Source: Bigelowiella natans CCMP2755 (Eukaryota; Protista; Cercozoa). From it: a DNA stretch of 64,000 bases. The notes beneath the pieces are model-generated. The model made no database searches. It had not been told where the DNA came from and was given only the letters and a program-made list of their open reading frames with translations. A program made the translations under genes and the position numbers. Shown here piece after piece: positions 1 to 13,042 of the stretch (positions within the stretch are counted from its first letter, which is position 1; the number at the start of each line of letters is the position of its first letter). The stretch is taken from the NCBI GenBank assembly GCA_000320545.1, contig ADNK01000981.1, positions 62,001 to 126,000 on the forward strand. Direction: 5' to 3'.

Positions 1-68
1 GTTAAGGCAATGCGGGGTAGGATGATCATCACAGAATTAGCAGCACGCTACTACTACTACTACTCCTG

Positions 69-697
69 ATGATGATGATATGCACTCGCTATGATCTAAT
101 AAGATATAATAGATACCACAACAAATTGATGAAACTTCTTCTCTTAACTACCACCACCTTCAAGATATATCTTGACACTGAGATGCTCAAAGCTTTCATC
201 GATGTCAGCTTCTCCTTATGGACTGCAGAACTCATGGTCAAACATCATCCTCCTCCTCCTCACCATCATCATTATCGTCACCATAAGCATAAAATACCAA
301 CATCAAACAAGAAGTAGTAATCGAAGAACAATACTAACGTGTGTGGTGATGTGTTTGTCAATCTATGTTATTGTCTAATGTGCCTATTAACAGCGAGAAG
401 TGTGCGAGGATACCGTCGCTGATGCTTCTTCACCATTATCATCATCATACGTGCCGCTACTTCCTCGAGATGACCCCATCACCCTATTGAAGGCTCTTTA
501 CATCTTTGTCCATGAAGTAGTAATAGTAGTAGCAGCAGCAGCAGCACTTATACCGTAGTAACAACATCGTTTAACACAAGACAGCTTTATTAGTATTAAA
601 AAGATACTAATCAGGAGAGGCTGTTGGTTATTTTCTTTTCTCGCGCTTCCTTTTGCCATTGTCGTCATCGTCGTCATCGTCAATGTCGTCGTGTGTT

Positions 698-738
<41 letters not shown>

Positions 739-1472
739 ATCATCATCATCATCATCATCATCATCACCATCATTATTTAGAATTGCGTTCCTGATGAGGA
801 GGTCGTCCTGGCAATGTTAAATGCTCTCTTTGCTGAGAACAACAGTGACAGCATATCATTATCACTATCCACACTCTATGAGGAATCAGTGCTAAGATTC
901 GTGAGGGAGGTGAAGGAGGGGAGAGAATTCCTACAAAAGGATGAGGACGTCGATGATGATAACGTCCACGTAGAAGAAGAAACCTTGTAAGATGACTTTA
1001 ACTTGCAGTAGATCATAAGAGCAGCCTAATTTGACTCGACCAATTCCAAGCAATGATGAGCAAAAACAAGAAGAAAGAAGAGAGTCATGATAAATGAATG
1101 AATGAATGAATGGGTTGTTATTATCTTTATGTTATTCTTAATGTTATTCTTTCTTATCTTCTTAACAGCCAATCCAATGCCAAGACTTTCGTGATGCTTA
1201 TGGAGCTATTATCGAGTTTATCATCATCATCATCATCTTCGTCGTCAACCGTGGATAGCGATGTTGAAGAGGATATGAAGAGGGTCACAACAACTGCTTT
1301 ATCCCTCGCACTATGGGCGTCTGCGCTTGCAAAGTCGGAAGAGGGCAGGGGGGAGGAGGAAAAGGACGAATTACATCTAAAAAATAATACAAATTTGCAA
1401 GCTGCAAAAGAGAAGTGTGCTATGGCTTGTGACAAATTATTACTCCTCGATCAGGTGAGAGGATCTCTTTCT

Positions 1473-1545
<73 letters not shown>

Positions 1546-1616
1546 ATATACATATCACATAAATAAGTATCCTGTGCTTATGATGATTCTGTCTTCTCTT
1601 AAAGTGAATAGTGATT

Positions 1617-1648
<32 letters not shown>

Positions 1649-1797
1649 ATGTGTATATTGTCTCTCATTTTCCTCTCCTCCTCCTCCTCCTCCTCCTTCT
1701 CCTTCTTCTTCTTGTTGTTGTTGCTATGATAGGGGGGAGAGCAAGATCCGTTGATATCTTCAGCCGTTATGCGTGCAATTAAAGTATGTATGAGTTT

Positions 1798-1848
<51 letters not shown>

Positions 1849-2148
1849 TATTATATATATATAATATGCTATGCAGGACACAAAGAGTTACGAGCAGTAT
1901 CTTAAAATGGTTTCGAAACCAGAGGACAACCAAGATGATATGGTATAGATAATACAAGCATGTAGGTTGTATGGGCAATGATCATCTTTGTGTTCTTTAC
2001 TCATTATATGATTTATGACTGGACTTGTACACCATCTTCTATTTTCAACATCATAATGCGTGTTTATACACAAAAATAGGAGGAATTTAATAAGTTATTG
2101 GCGATCTTTGAGGAGGGAAAATTTTGGTCAATATACCACCCTAGAGGA

Positions 2149-2181
<33 letters not shown>

Positions 2182-2683
2182 TACCATCACATAATCATAA
2201 CTCATATTTGTCAAATTATAAACGTTCATCGTCAGGCTTATTGAGAATCAACTGATGTTACTCGTGACTAATGAAACGTAAGCAATATGATGCTGCTAGT
2301 GGTGGTGTTGTTGTTGATGATAGGATAACGATGATGATGTTGTTAGAAGTAGTGCTGTCAAAATCGATATTATGAGAATAATAAGCAAAGGATATGAATG
2401 AATGAATAGAGTAGTGTACGTATGTAGAACTTGACTGCTGTACAGTAAACATCAATCATCATGTAGAGGAAAATAATGGAGAATGAGCAGGGAAGGGATC
2501 ATCGTTCGTCGGTAGGAAATGTTGAAAGAAGTGGTGCTTTATCACCATCTATTTCTTATTCTTTTTGAAAATTTCAATGGTCATTAGCTCTGCAGAGGAA
2601 TGGAGGAAAAAGTTTTGTTTATTCAAGTACGAGTTCTTGATCATTGTATTTGTACTAAAAATACGCAATATATTTCTGAAAAC

Positions 2684-2718
<35 letters not shown>

Positions 2719-2796
2719 AGAGCGCATGTGTTGCAAATAATTTCCCGCTGACTGACGCTGATCATGATCTTCTTATGATCCGTCGCCCTACCGATG

Positions 2797-2830
<34 letters not shown>

Positions 2831-2962
2831 GCGCACTCTCACGCATGATTAAGTATGTTGTAGTTGTAGTAGCTGGTAAGAGGAGAAAGAGGAGGATAAT
2901 CCACATCAAAACTTGCTTTTTTGCTCACTGTTCTCATTTACTTTTTCAATGGGACATTGCCT

Positions 2963-3006
<44 letters not shown>

Positions 3007-4073
3007 TCTCTTTTTCCTCCTTTCCCCCTCCTATCCCCCCCCCGCATGCGAACAACCGACAGGATATTCAGAACTCTCTTAGTAGCTGGGCCAAGCTTGC
3101 TGAACATTTGAAACAACGAACGGAACATGAGGGTCACGACAACATCAAGACGGTAGTAAACGACGATGATGACGAGAAAATTATAGAGAATACGAAGAGG
3201 CTACTGAATGAGAACTAGATATGATCCTATTAAGTAGTTTTGAGTAGTACTGCTGACTTCTAGAGTGTTCAAATATCATCATCATCATGATGGCCATCAC
3301 AAAAAGTATCATATCTGATTGATTCGTATGCTGCCGGTGCGGAACTCTCTCTCTCTCTCTTTCCCTCAACCTCTCATCTCTCTCTCACCTACCTGCAGAA
3401 TAGCATTTTGCTCCGACGTGCTACCTTGGATTTTGACGCTATTCTTGAGCCTTTGTTGATTGACCAAAAGGCGATTAGCACCAAGAAGCAAATCAACGAT
3501 TTTGCAAATATTGTGGTAGTAAGTAGTAGTAGTTAAAGTAGCAGTAGCAGTAGTTTGTTGTTTTTGTATTAGTTAAGCTATTCTATCATGCTATGATGAT
3601 TATATATTGATATCAATCTAGTAGTTATGATACCTAATATTGTGGGTCGTCTCACTCTAGTTGTCGTTAAAATGCCAATGTACATTGTATATTCAACGAT
3701 GATGATGATAATTTCATAAATCTTCTCTTGCCCCTCTTTTTCTTCTCCTCCTTCTTTCCTCTTCATTTATACTGTTCTGTCTCTGTGTAACAGCGAATGC
3801 AGATGAAGGATGATGCTAAATTCATGAAATCATGGAACGTTCTGACCTACCTCAGGATAACTAGGCAGGTTTGAGACAACACCTCGTCACAACACTTGAA
3901 AACGATGATAATGATGATAACCATGATCATGCATGTTGTCTTTGTTCATAACTAGGTTGCTGTTGTTGTCGTTGTTGTTGTTGTTGTCGTTGTTGTTTAA
4001 TTGGTAGTAGAATTACTACATATACCTACCATACAATATCTATCTACAGTGATGACTGAATCTATTGAATTAC

Positions 4074-4118
<45 letters not shown>

Positions 4119-6699
4119 AGAAGGAAATGGGACAAAATACATTTATTCTTTAAGTTTCTTAATATGATGGGCGATGGTGTGTTCTATCGTATAGATTCGC
4201 ATCAAATTCAAACCAGGAGGACCTTTTCACGATAAAAGATTAGCGTATTTGCATGAGCAGTACATAGATCTGGAGATGCTGCTCATTAGAAAAGTGATGA
4301 CGACGACAAGCACCACTACCACCACCACCACCACCATCCTCCTCCTCCTCTTCCTCCTAGCTACATGTATAGTATATGTTGAATATTGATGCTATCGAAG
4401 CGTGGTATACAACTACCGTAATACTCCTGAAATGGGTGATGTATTCTAATAAGTAAGAATTATATTGTAAGGCTTTACATCTAATTCAAAATTGAGTGTA
4501 TTGATTTTATTTCACACACACGCACACGCACACACGCTCTTACACAACACCACATCTTCATCTTCATCTTCATCATCATCATCATCATCATCACTGTTTC
4601 TTCCCGTACGACAACTATGAAAAGGCAAAAGAATCAGGAGAGGATCGAAGATTACTGCTATTAAAAAAAGACTCGCTCTTTTTCCTCATGCTCGACAAGA
4701 TGCAAAACTGCATGGATCAGAAGCTACATCATGTGATATTGAGAGCAGTGATATAGATAGATAGATAGATAAAAGTAATAATAACAAAAGGGGGAGGGGT
4801 GACGAGAAGGATAATTAACCTTTGATGGTTGACTTCTCTATAATTTATTAATACCTGATGATGATGATGATGATGATGATAATGATGCTGTTGTTGTTGT
4901 TATTGTTGTTGTTGTTGTTGTGCGTATATATCAGCGCGCAATGATGAGTGCTATCAGCTTGGATTTGGAGATAGATCACCAAATTCTTAGTCCTTCATCA
5001 AAGCATGCAAACATGTTCCTTAACGTGGTTCGCCGTCTGGAACGTACAGTCTTTGCCAAAATTGGTAAAGCAAAAGATACAAGAGGCGAGAAACGACGAT
5101 TAGTTGAACAAGTATCAGCGGAAATGAAGCGGGTCTTCGCCTCTTTTTCCTACTTCTCTTATGACAAAAGGCTATCTACCAAGGATTTTCTTAAGGGGCT
5201 CTCAAATAAGTCAAAAAGAGGATTTGGGGATGCAATTTTGAAGATCGAGTCTTCTCTTATGGTACAGATCTTTATTAGCGATTGCGGCTGCTATCTTGAA
5301 TGTTGTAGTATTATCCATCCATTGATTCATTAATTTATTGATAATCGCAAGTATCATCTGTTGTTATACTCACATCGCCATGTAGTAAAATTACTTCACG
5401 CCACATATGAAGATGATTGTTAATAATAGAAACTCATTCCAAGCGAAAGTATGCGCCACTCTGAGAAGGTATATAAGCTCCCGAGCTATTGTCATCCTCC
5501 TCCTCCTCCTCCTCCTCCTCCTCATCATCATCATTATTGTAGTTATTTATCATTGCAATTGTATTTGTTGCTAACTACAAAAGCATACATTTAAGGCAAG
5601 CACGGTGTTCCGTAAGCAAGCTCTACTTTTCTCTATGCTCAAATCAATAAAGCTTCAAATCGTACCAGTTTTAAGGTATATATCATCTGTTCTCTCTCCC
5701 TCCTCCCTCTCTATTCTTTCAAATATACCGCTAACACTCCACATAAACAACATATGTTGTCGTCATAATCAAACAGTGACATCCGCGGAGAAGATATGAT
5801 CATCAGGCTTATATCTACATTTCCAAACTTCAATATTGTCTGGTATTTTGAAATGAAGAGAGAAACTTCGCTGCTGTTGCTGCTGGCTCTTGCAAGCTAT
5901 CCACTCGATGGTTGTTAATATTGTTGAATACTAACATATGATAGGTATTATATTCTAGAACCTCTAATTCGTCAAGTGGATGAAAAAGAAAATGCTACTT
6001 CTTCTGACGATCATGTGGAAAGTGGTAGAATATCTGGTGCTCTCCGAATTCTCTATTTTGCTGCCGCACAGCATGATTCAAGGTCGTTGATAAAACAAAA
6101 CAAGCACGATGATAGCAACCAACGACGAGGAAGTGCGCAAATTTAGTGCGTGTATTTTTTACTTCGGAACTATATGAAGCGTTTTCTTCTTCTTTTCCCC
6201 CTTTCTTATTATGATCTGAAATAGCTACTACTACTACTACTACTTTTCTAGGATGTTATCTCTCCCTCCATTTGAGGGTTATCAGTACACGCATTATCCA
6301 GACGGCTCTGAGGTACCCCCCCCCCCATATGGATGATTCATCTTGCAACATCACATGAAATCCTATTGTGTAATACTATCTCAGTTACTCATGACTGATA
6401 GACGTAAGAACACCCTCTCCTTATTTGCCGTGCCTTTCCTCCTTCAACGGGAAGTCGCTCTTTGTTCCCCTCCTCCACAAGCAAGACCCAACAACAACAA
6501 CAACAACAACCACCACCACCATATCGCCGATGAAGAGGAATCTGGGAATTACATCTGGAGAACGGCCGATGTAATCGAGAGCGTTCGCGGAGGAGAGACA
6601 GAAAGAGGGGAGGGGCAACCTACGACGCCAAACATCATCCTCTACAGAGTAGCGCTCAAAATTCGAGATATGGTAGCAAATTGTAATGTTTCACCATGA
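69..6699 (+). CDS. Large multi-exon hypothetical protein, predominantly alpha-helical, 5' end outside window
   Basis: Many GT-AG bounded exons join in frame: REVCEDTVADA (~394), DTKSYEQYLKMVSK (~1877), NSILLRRATLDFDAILEP (~3399), RMQMKDDAKFMKSW (~3794), RAMMSAISLDLEID...IESSLM (4934-5261), YYILEPLIRQVD (~5944). The last exon LLMTDRRKN...CNVSP ends at the stop at 6699. No family recognised; start coordinate approximate. Confidence 0.7.
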
Positions 6700-7149
6700 C
6701 ATCTATACTTCTACTCAACATTAAACTATATTTCTCGTACCATTTACTCTTACCAAACATTTCCCCTCTCCACATCCACTTCCATTGTAATACTACAGGA
6801 TTATGATGCTTTTGAAACGGAAATGCCCAGGTGTTACTATCAAACACTGCAGCAGAAAATCGATGAGCAACTTTCATTGCTGGGTCACAACTTACCACCA
6901 CGTCGTTCGACAGATTCTCCCCGAACTCTATTAGATTTGTAAATTGAATCATAATGTACATGACAACGTCACAAGTGAACAAAATGATGATTCGGAAGAT
7001 CCAATGCTTAAATCGACGACGGCATGACTTACAACCAGCCATTGTCGTCTAGGATGAGCTCATAACCATGAGCTGTTTGTCTAACAGTGTCGAGAAGTCA
7101 GTGCAGTTCAGGCACACATAGATTCATTTGGAACCAAGCTCAAATGAAT

Positions 7150-7565
7150 GAGCAGGTGCACTACAATCGGTTTCCGATGCGCATTGCATCGATCATGCCA
7201 CCCAGAGATGCGTGATGCGGCACGTGCCATGCTCGCTAGACGCTAGCTAGCTAGCTAGGCTGCAGTGCGCGATCGAGGGCCATTTGCTGTTCTCTCTCAG
7301 AACTTCTAGATCTATGCATGTTTCCAGTGTGTGGACTGCAATGCGATGCCGGGCACAGCTAGACATGCAGCACCGCGACACGTGTAGATGAACATGCTGT
7401 CAGCAAACAATGCAACCAACAACGAAGAAGCCTTTCTGGAACAAAATGACGGCATTTTGCTCGTGATGCAATCTAGCAATGTGCGTGAATCATCATGGTA
7501 CAAGATCATTGCTCATTGGTGCCAACTAGCTAGCTAGCATGTGGAGCGCAATTCTAGCATTTTTT
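7150..7565. other. CTAG/CATG/TGCA palindrome-rich island 1 (convergent spacer)
   Basis: (CTAG)4 at 7243-7258 and (CTAG)3 at 7526-7537, with dense CATG/TGCA/CACGTG. Lies between the stop at 6699 (+) and the stop at 7607 (-). Confidence 0.85.
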
Positions 7566-7606
7566 GGCCAACAATTGTGTGTGCTTTCTACGTTCATTGA
7601 ACTCCT

Positions 7607-10600
7607 TTACAAGTTTTTGTGTGCAAGTGAGACCACAGAAGCCTTTCTCTTCCTTTCGTTCTCTCTTTGCATTTGGTCTTTCCGTTCTCGCTGAGCACCA
7701 GACGTCTCATCTCGTACGTCGAAAGTTACGAAAAAATGCTTCTGGATTCTGTTGACTTTCTTGAGCTGAGCGAGACTGTCTAGTTTCGTTGCCACACAAA
7801 CATCGTTAATTTTCAGGACACGCCAGCCGAGTCTTACCCCTACTTTTTGTGCTTGGGGGTACAATTTAACTACAGTGTTATTATCGCCCAACTTGAAGAT
7901 GCCTTCGTCAACATCAAATTCGTACGTAAGTTTTAGGTGAACACGGGCACTTTTCTCACTGCATGGGCTGCACAGAATGCAACATGGACAGAAGACAAAA
8001 ATGAATGGAGCAGTCATGACAGCCTCGAACCACGTGATCGTAATTACGCGCAACACAATGTCCTGTAACCATGTCAGGAATGCTGACGTGACAGTTTCTA
8101 GACCAACTCCACCCTGCACGTTTTGGTACGAAAGAACAACTGTGATGAACACGCAACCAACTACGGCAACGATGCAGAACACCACGCCCACAATGTCCCA
8201 AGAACTCCATTCGTAGTGTTTCATGTCAGTTATCTCTTTGGCTGATCCTGGCTTCGGTCTTCCCATCAAAGGCCCGTTCATGGATTGTGCGGAAACGTTC
8301 AAATCTGAATTTCGCCTACGAGCACTGCTGTTCTCTTGTTTCTGAGTAGATCAATAAGATACCAGGATATTTTTCAAGAATTGCAATAAGAGTTGTTAAT
8401 TGAATATGAAACGAGTTGAAAGGAGAATATTCGCATCTTAATTGAGACAGGGTATCAATGTTCAAACTCTATGCACATTCACACACTTTCTTCCATCCTT
8501 GCTCTCCAAGTGCTGCTCCATATGCCCCCCCTGCTGAAGATCCAGCGATTATAATATTTTTATCTTTCTCATCATCGTTTTCGTCTTCGTCTTCGTTTAT
8601 GTCCTCATCATCCACACGATCTTTTTATTGAGGGGCAGGAGAGATCGCAACACAATTGAAGATGCGTATGAATTCAAAGTTTAGCATACAGAAATGGAAA
8701 AGTCGCAACTGTTCTCGAATATAAACGGAAATTTTTGAATATTTTACAAGAATCACGTGCTTGGGTACCTGGTTCGTCTCCTTCTTCTTCTTCCTATCAT
8801 CACAATTATCGATGCAACAGAGGACATATCATGTATAAATTTGTGTACATGTAAATGATCCCTTCAACCCCCTGTTTCTCCTCTAAACAGATTACCATGT
8901 TGATGTTGATAAGGTCAAATTCACTTAATGCGATGCTGACAATCCAGAGCACCCATGGTAGCGATGAAGCGATGCCAACAGCTTCGAATCTCACTCTGTA
9001 TCTTGATGGAATGTCTCTATTGAAGATTGAACTTATAATGTATGGTATAGGATAACCGATCGCCATCGCAACAAGGGCAATAGCAACAGGCCCTTGAAGA
9101 AAGCCTAATTTTTGCTCGGTTCCCAGCTGTGGATAAATGAGAAATCGTCCGTGTTTCAGCAACGAATAATGATGAATTCGAAAACAACCCCAAAGGAAAG
9201 GATTGATTTCTTGATAGGGCTCAAAATAAGACACATTTACTTTCGTATGATGTAATATAGTTACTAACCCTTCCCCCCCTTCTCCCTGTGCTGATACAAC
9301 AGATACGCGCAATGCATCAAATTGACGTTTTGCTTTACCAAGAGTGAACAAACAGCAGCAGCGTTAAACATTAGAACCGCCAGAATCAGCAGCCTCTTCC
9401 TGGCGTTCAAATGGTCACCGGGCATTCGTAGCCACGTAGAAACCCAAGGATGTCTTCTACGCATAGCAAATTTAACTGATTCTTTCCAACTTACCACAGA
9501 ACGAGGGTCAGCATAGTGCCTTTTACCTGATAGTAGTACCAAGGAAATTGAAAGTTTGATATACCCACAGCCCGTAACCAGAATATTAATCGAAGGATCA
9601 AGAGGTTTTTCGACATCGAAACACTCAAAACACTACCCCCCCCCCCCCCCGGCCCTTTCTCTTTCTTTGCGCCAAAAGGAGAAAATGCGAAATATACGTT
9701 GCTATCAATACTGTTGTTCTTGCTGTTCCATGTATTGCGTTTGCTCTCCTACGTGATTGATTTATCCCGCGGTAGAACTCCCGTTCAGTTGCATGGTTGA
9801 TTTCCTCAGTCCCTACTGTTCCCTTATCAAGATAGTAAGCGGCTGGGAACATTATGATCAATAAACCAACGAGGGCTAAGGTCATAGCCATTGCCGGATT
9901 CCTTAAAGGGTTATATGTGTCGCTATTCTCAGCATCGCTGGCAGATAATGTATTCACTTCCACCCTGAACGCTGGCTGGGTACTGAAAGTTGACTCTCCT
10001 GGCTCGAGATTAGATGTTTCACATATGTGGTTTCCATTTGAGCTTAAACCTATTTATGTAGTCATATGGGATAAACCTCTCAAATACATTAGCACTAACT
10101 TTCTACTGTTCATTTGTTGTATTATATACCTTTGTACTCGACACCCTCAGAGCTCCACGTCTTGGTAGTATTAGACCAAACAGCACATTCACGAACGGGT
10201 GTGCCTTCTTCGTTCGTAGGTAAGGAATCCCCGTCATCATCGGTTGGGATGTGGATTCGAAACGGGGCAACTGGCTTATGCGTTATGGGAACTTCCTTTA
10301 CCTCTGCGTAGTTGGGGTTGGTCAGGCGGGGGGCGATTAAAAGGAAAACATCACATGACAACCAGCACTGCAACGTGTACATGACCAAATTCGAACACAA
10401 AGTAGAAGCCCTTCTTCGGGACATTTCCACCTACACTTGCATTTTACCAGCTATCAACACACACACGCTCGACTACCTCCTGCCGCCGTTTTACCCTTGA
10501 TCTCCACTATACCTAGACCACTGGTAAATGCACTAGTGATGTTCCTTGGGAATGGGAACAACGAGCCGCCCCTTCCTCCCGTAATTGCAATGTATCCTAG

Positions 10601-11531
10601 TTGCACGCTCGCAAGGCCTTCCACTGATGAAGAGATGTTGAGAAGATCAAACTCGACTGTGGCGCCGTCGATACTTGTTAGAGATGCATTGAATTCTCCT
10701 TTTGCGCTCATTATTCGGGATGAAATAGAAACAGTTGCCATGCCCGCCTGAGTGGATTTACCCGTCACTATCTGGTCTTCACCTAAGAAGGAAGGTGAGT
10801 ATAAACAACGTCATCGGAAAGAGTCTGATGCACAGTCGCTCGTGCGAACACTAATTCATAAATGTTCTATAAATGCTGAACGACCTCTCCAAAGAAATCC
10901 CTATCTCAACATTAAAATTACGGCTGAGACTAGATCTATATTCCAGCGGGCTTACATACACTCTTTTCGATGCGATTACGATTGCTAACGAACTATCCTA
11001 ATGCGCGACCTGGAAGGAGCGATGAAGAGAGAATCGTCGACAGATTAGAAAGTGTTCTTTCAAGTCTATCCGCATCTGTAACCTCTGCAGTAGTCGCATT
11101 TGTGGCAGTGAGAAGGTTTGATATAGCCCCGCTTGCAGAAGCCACAGTATTTTCCTCATCGTCTGCTGACATTTCTCCTGGATTGAACGAGGTGATAAGG
11201 CTCTCCATAATGTTTAAGGTTGTTGATTTCACACTCGCAGTGATCTCATCTGCACGAGGAGATGTTGTGACAGCTTTAGCAAGTCCTGCGATGACGGGGG
11301 CGGACAGCGAGGATGCTGTGCTGTCACTGGTGACTGCGATGTCAGCGACTTTGTTCAGCATTAGGAGCCGTGATTCCGCTGCAGCAGATGCTGAGCTTTG
11401 GGATAAACCAGAATTAGATGAAAGGAACGATGCGATCGCAACCTTTTACACGAATACAACACACACACACACACACACACACAACCACAACCACAACCAC
11501 AATCACAACCACAACCACAACCACACAAGTA

Positions 11532-11573
<42 letters not shown>

Positions 11574-13010
11574 GTGTGTGTGTGTGTGTGTGTGTATGCG
11601 TGCGTGCGTGCATAATGTGAGGCGGGGAGAAAACACATGAATAGTTCATCATCTTTCTGCATGTATTTTTGCTTAGTTTTCGTACAAAAAGCAGAAGTGA
11701 GCATAGGGGTGCGATGATGATGAGAATCGTGCACATAAGATTCAACCCAATCTCTATATATTCCTCTATTTAAATCAATGTTTGTCTACACATCCCTCCC
11801 TCTTCTAAAAATGACGACCACTTCTGGCACAAATGACTGCGTATCGCCCTCCTGCAACCTCTCCTCAAGTGCAAGATTTGCTTCGGTAAGGTTTAATGCA
11901 GTTGGTTGTGTGACATTGATGGAGAAGTAATAATACCCTTCTGCACCAACATCGTCACTAACAACTGCTCTCATCAGCATCTGAGGAGAGGAGTCCAAAG
12001 GAGCTGCAAGCTTCGTTTTGTAAGACGCGAGTTGACGAAAGGCGCACATGTCCAAGTAGGTAGCTCCCTGGGTGAAGACATATGTCGTCGGGGAAGAGAG
12101 CACGGTCTGCAAATTCTCATTGGTGACAGACTGATACTTATAACGGAGAGGCAGGTCCTCCGCATCGTCGATATATCCCTCACAGGAGAGAATAAACTCA
12201 GTCTCTAGAGCTACGCCAACGAGTGGGGAGGACGCACAGGTGCCTGACCCAGGTGCTGAATTGATCCGGATAGACACTGATGCAGATCCTACTGCCTACA
12301 TTGGAGAAGGAAGGTACATCGACACAGACTATCAGCTGGAGAGCTGAGGCCTTTAATACACTGTTTCATTATCAACCGCCAAGTTACCACAATCACAACA
12401 CAAGACGCAACTAGGTGTAGTAGCAATATGTTCAAAGGAAAATTACCACCACTCCCCCCGAAGTCACCGATGATTGGACAGAAAATTGGTACGTTTTCCC
12501 CGGAATGAGCACGTTTGGTGCGATGATAAGAGTTCGCGCATCAACTTCCGACCGCAAGTTGGCACGATTCAAGATATTGAAATCCGACGCATCAGTAGAC
12601 CAGGAGAGGGGGAGGGAGGCATCATCATCGCCGCTTAAGCTGGTAATGCGTATGGCCTTTCCATTCAAAACCAACTTCTTTCCTGAATCATGAGCTTTCG
12701 ATGCTAGATTGACGTTGAGAGTCACCTGTAATTAGAAATGCGGACACAGGGAAGCAATACATTTGACGCTGCTGGGAACCTTATCTATACTTTTATCACA
12801 TTATCCTCTACTGACAGACGAAGTGTGTTTGCGTGTTCAAAACACAACGATACGGATGCTACTATTTATTTGGTAGTTGTGCCTTTGGAGCAGGAAGAGA
12901 GGTAGTGATGAGTGTCTGTGACGCCATTGCAATGGCGGTCTGAGATCGATTTGTGGAGACATTCACTTGAATCTCGTATCCGCTGAGATTATTCGAAACA
13001 TAATATCTTT

Positions 13011-13042
<32 letters not shown>

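Noticed and set aside
6656-7042. 128-aa minus-strand ORF overlapping the end of gene 1
   Set aside because: It has no family motif and lies in the probable 3' UTR of gene 1. If it were real it would alter the local orientation pattern, so it is worth an RNA-seq check.
10437-11620. Plus-strand ORFs 10437..10751 and 10970..11620
   Set aside because: They are antisense to REJ/GAIN exons whose minus-strand translation fits the family.
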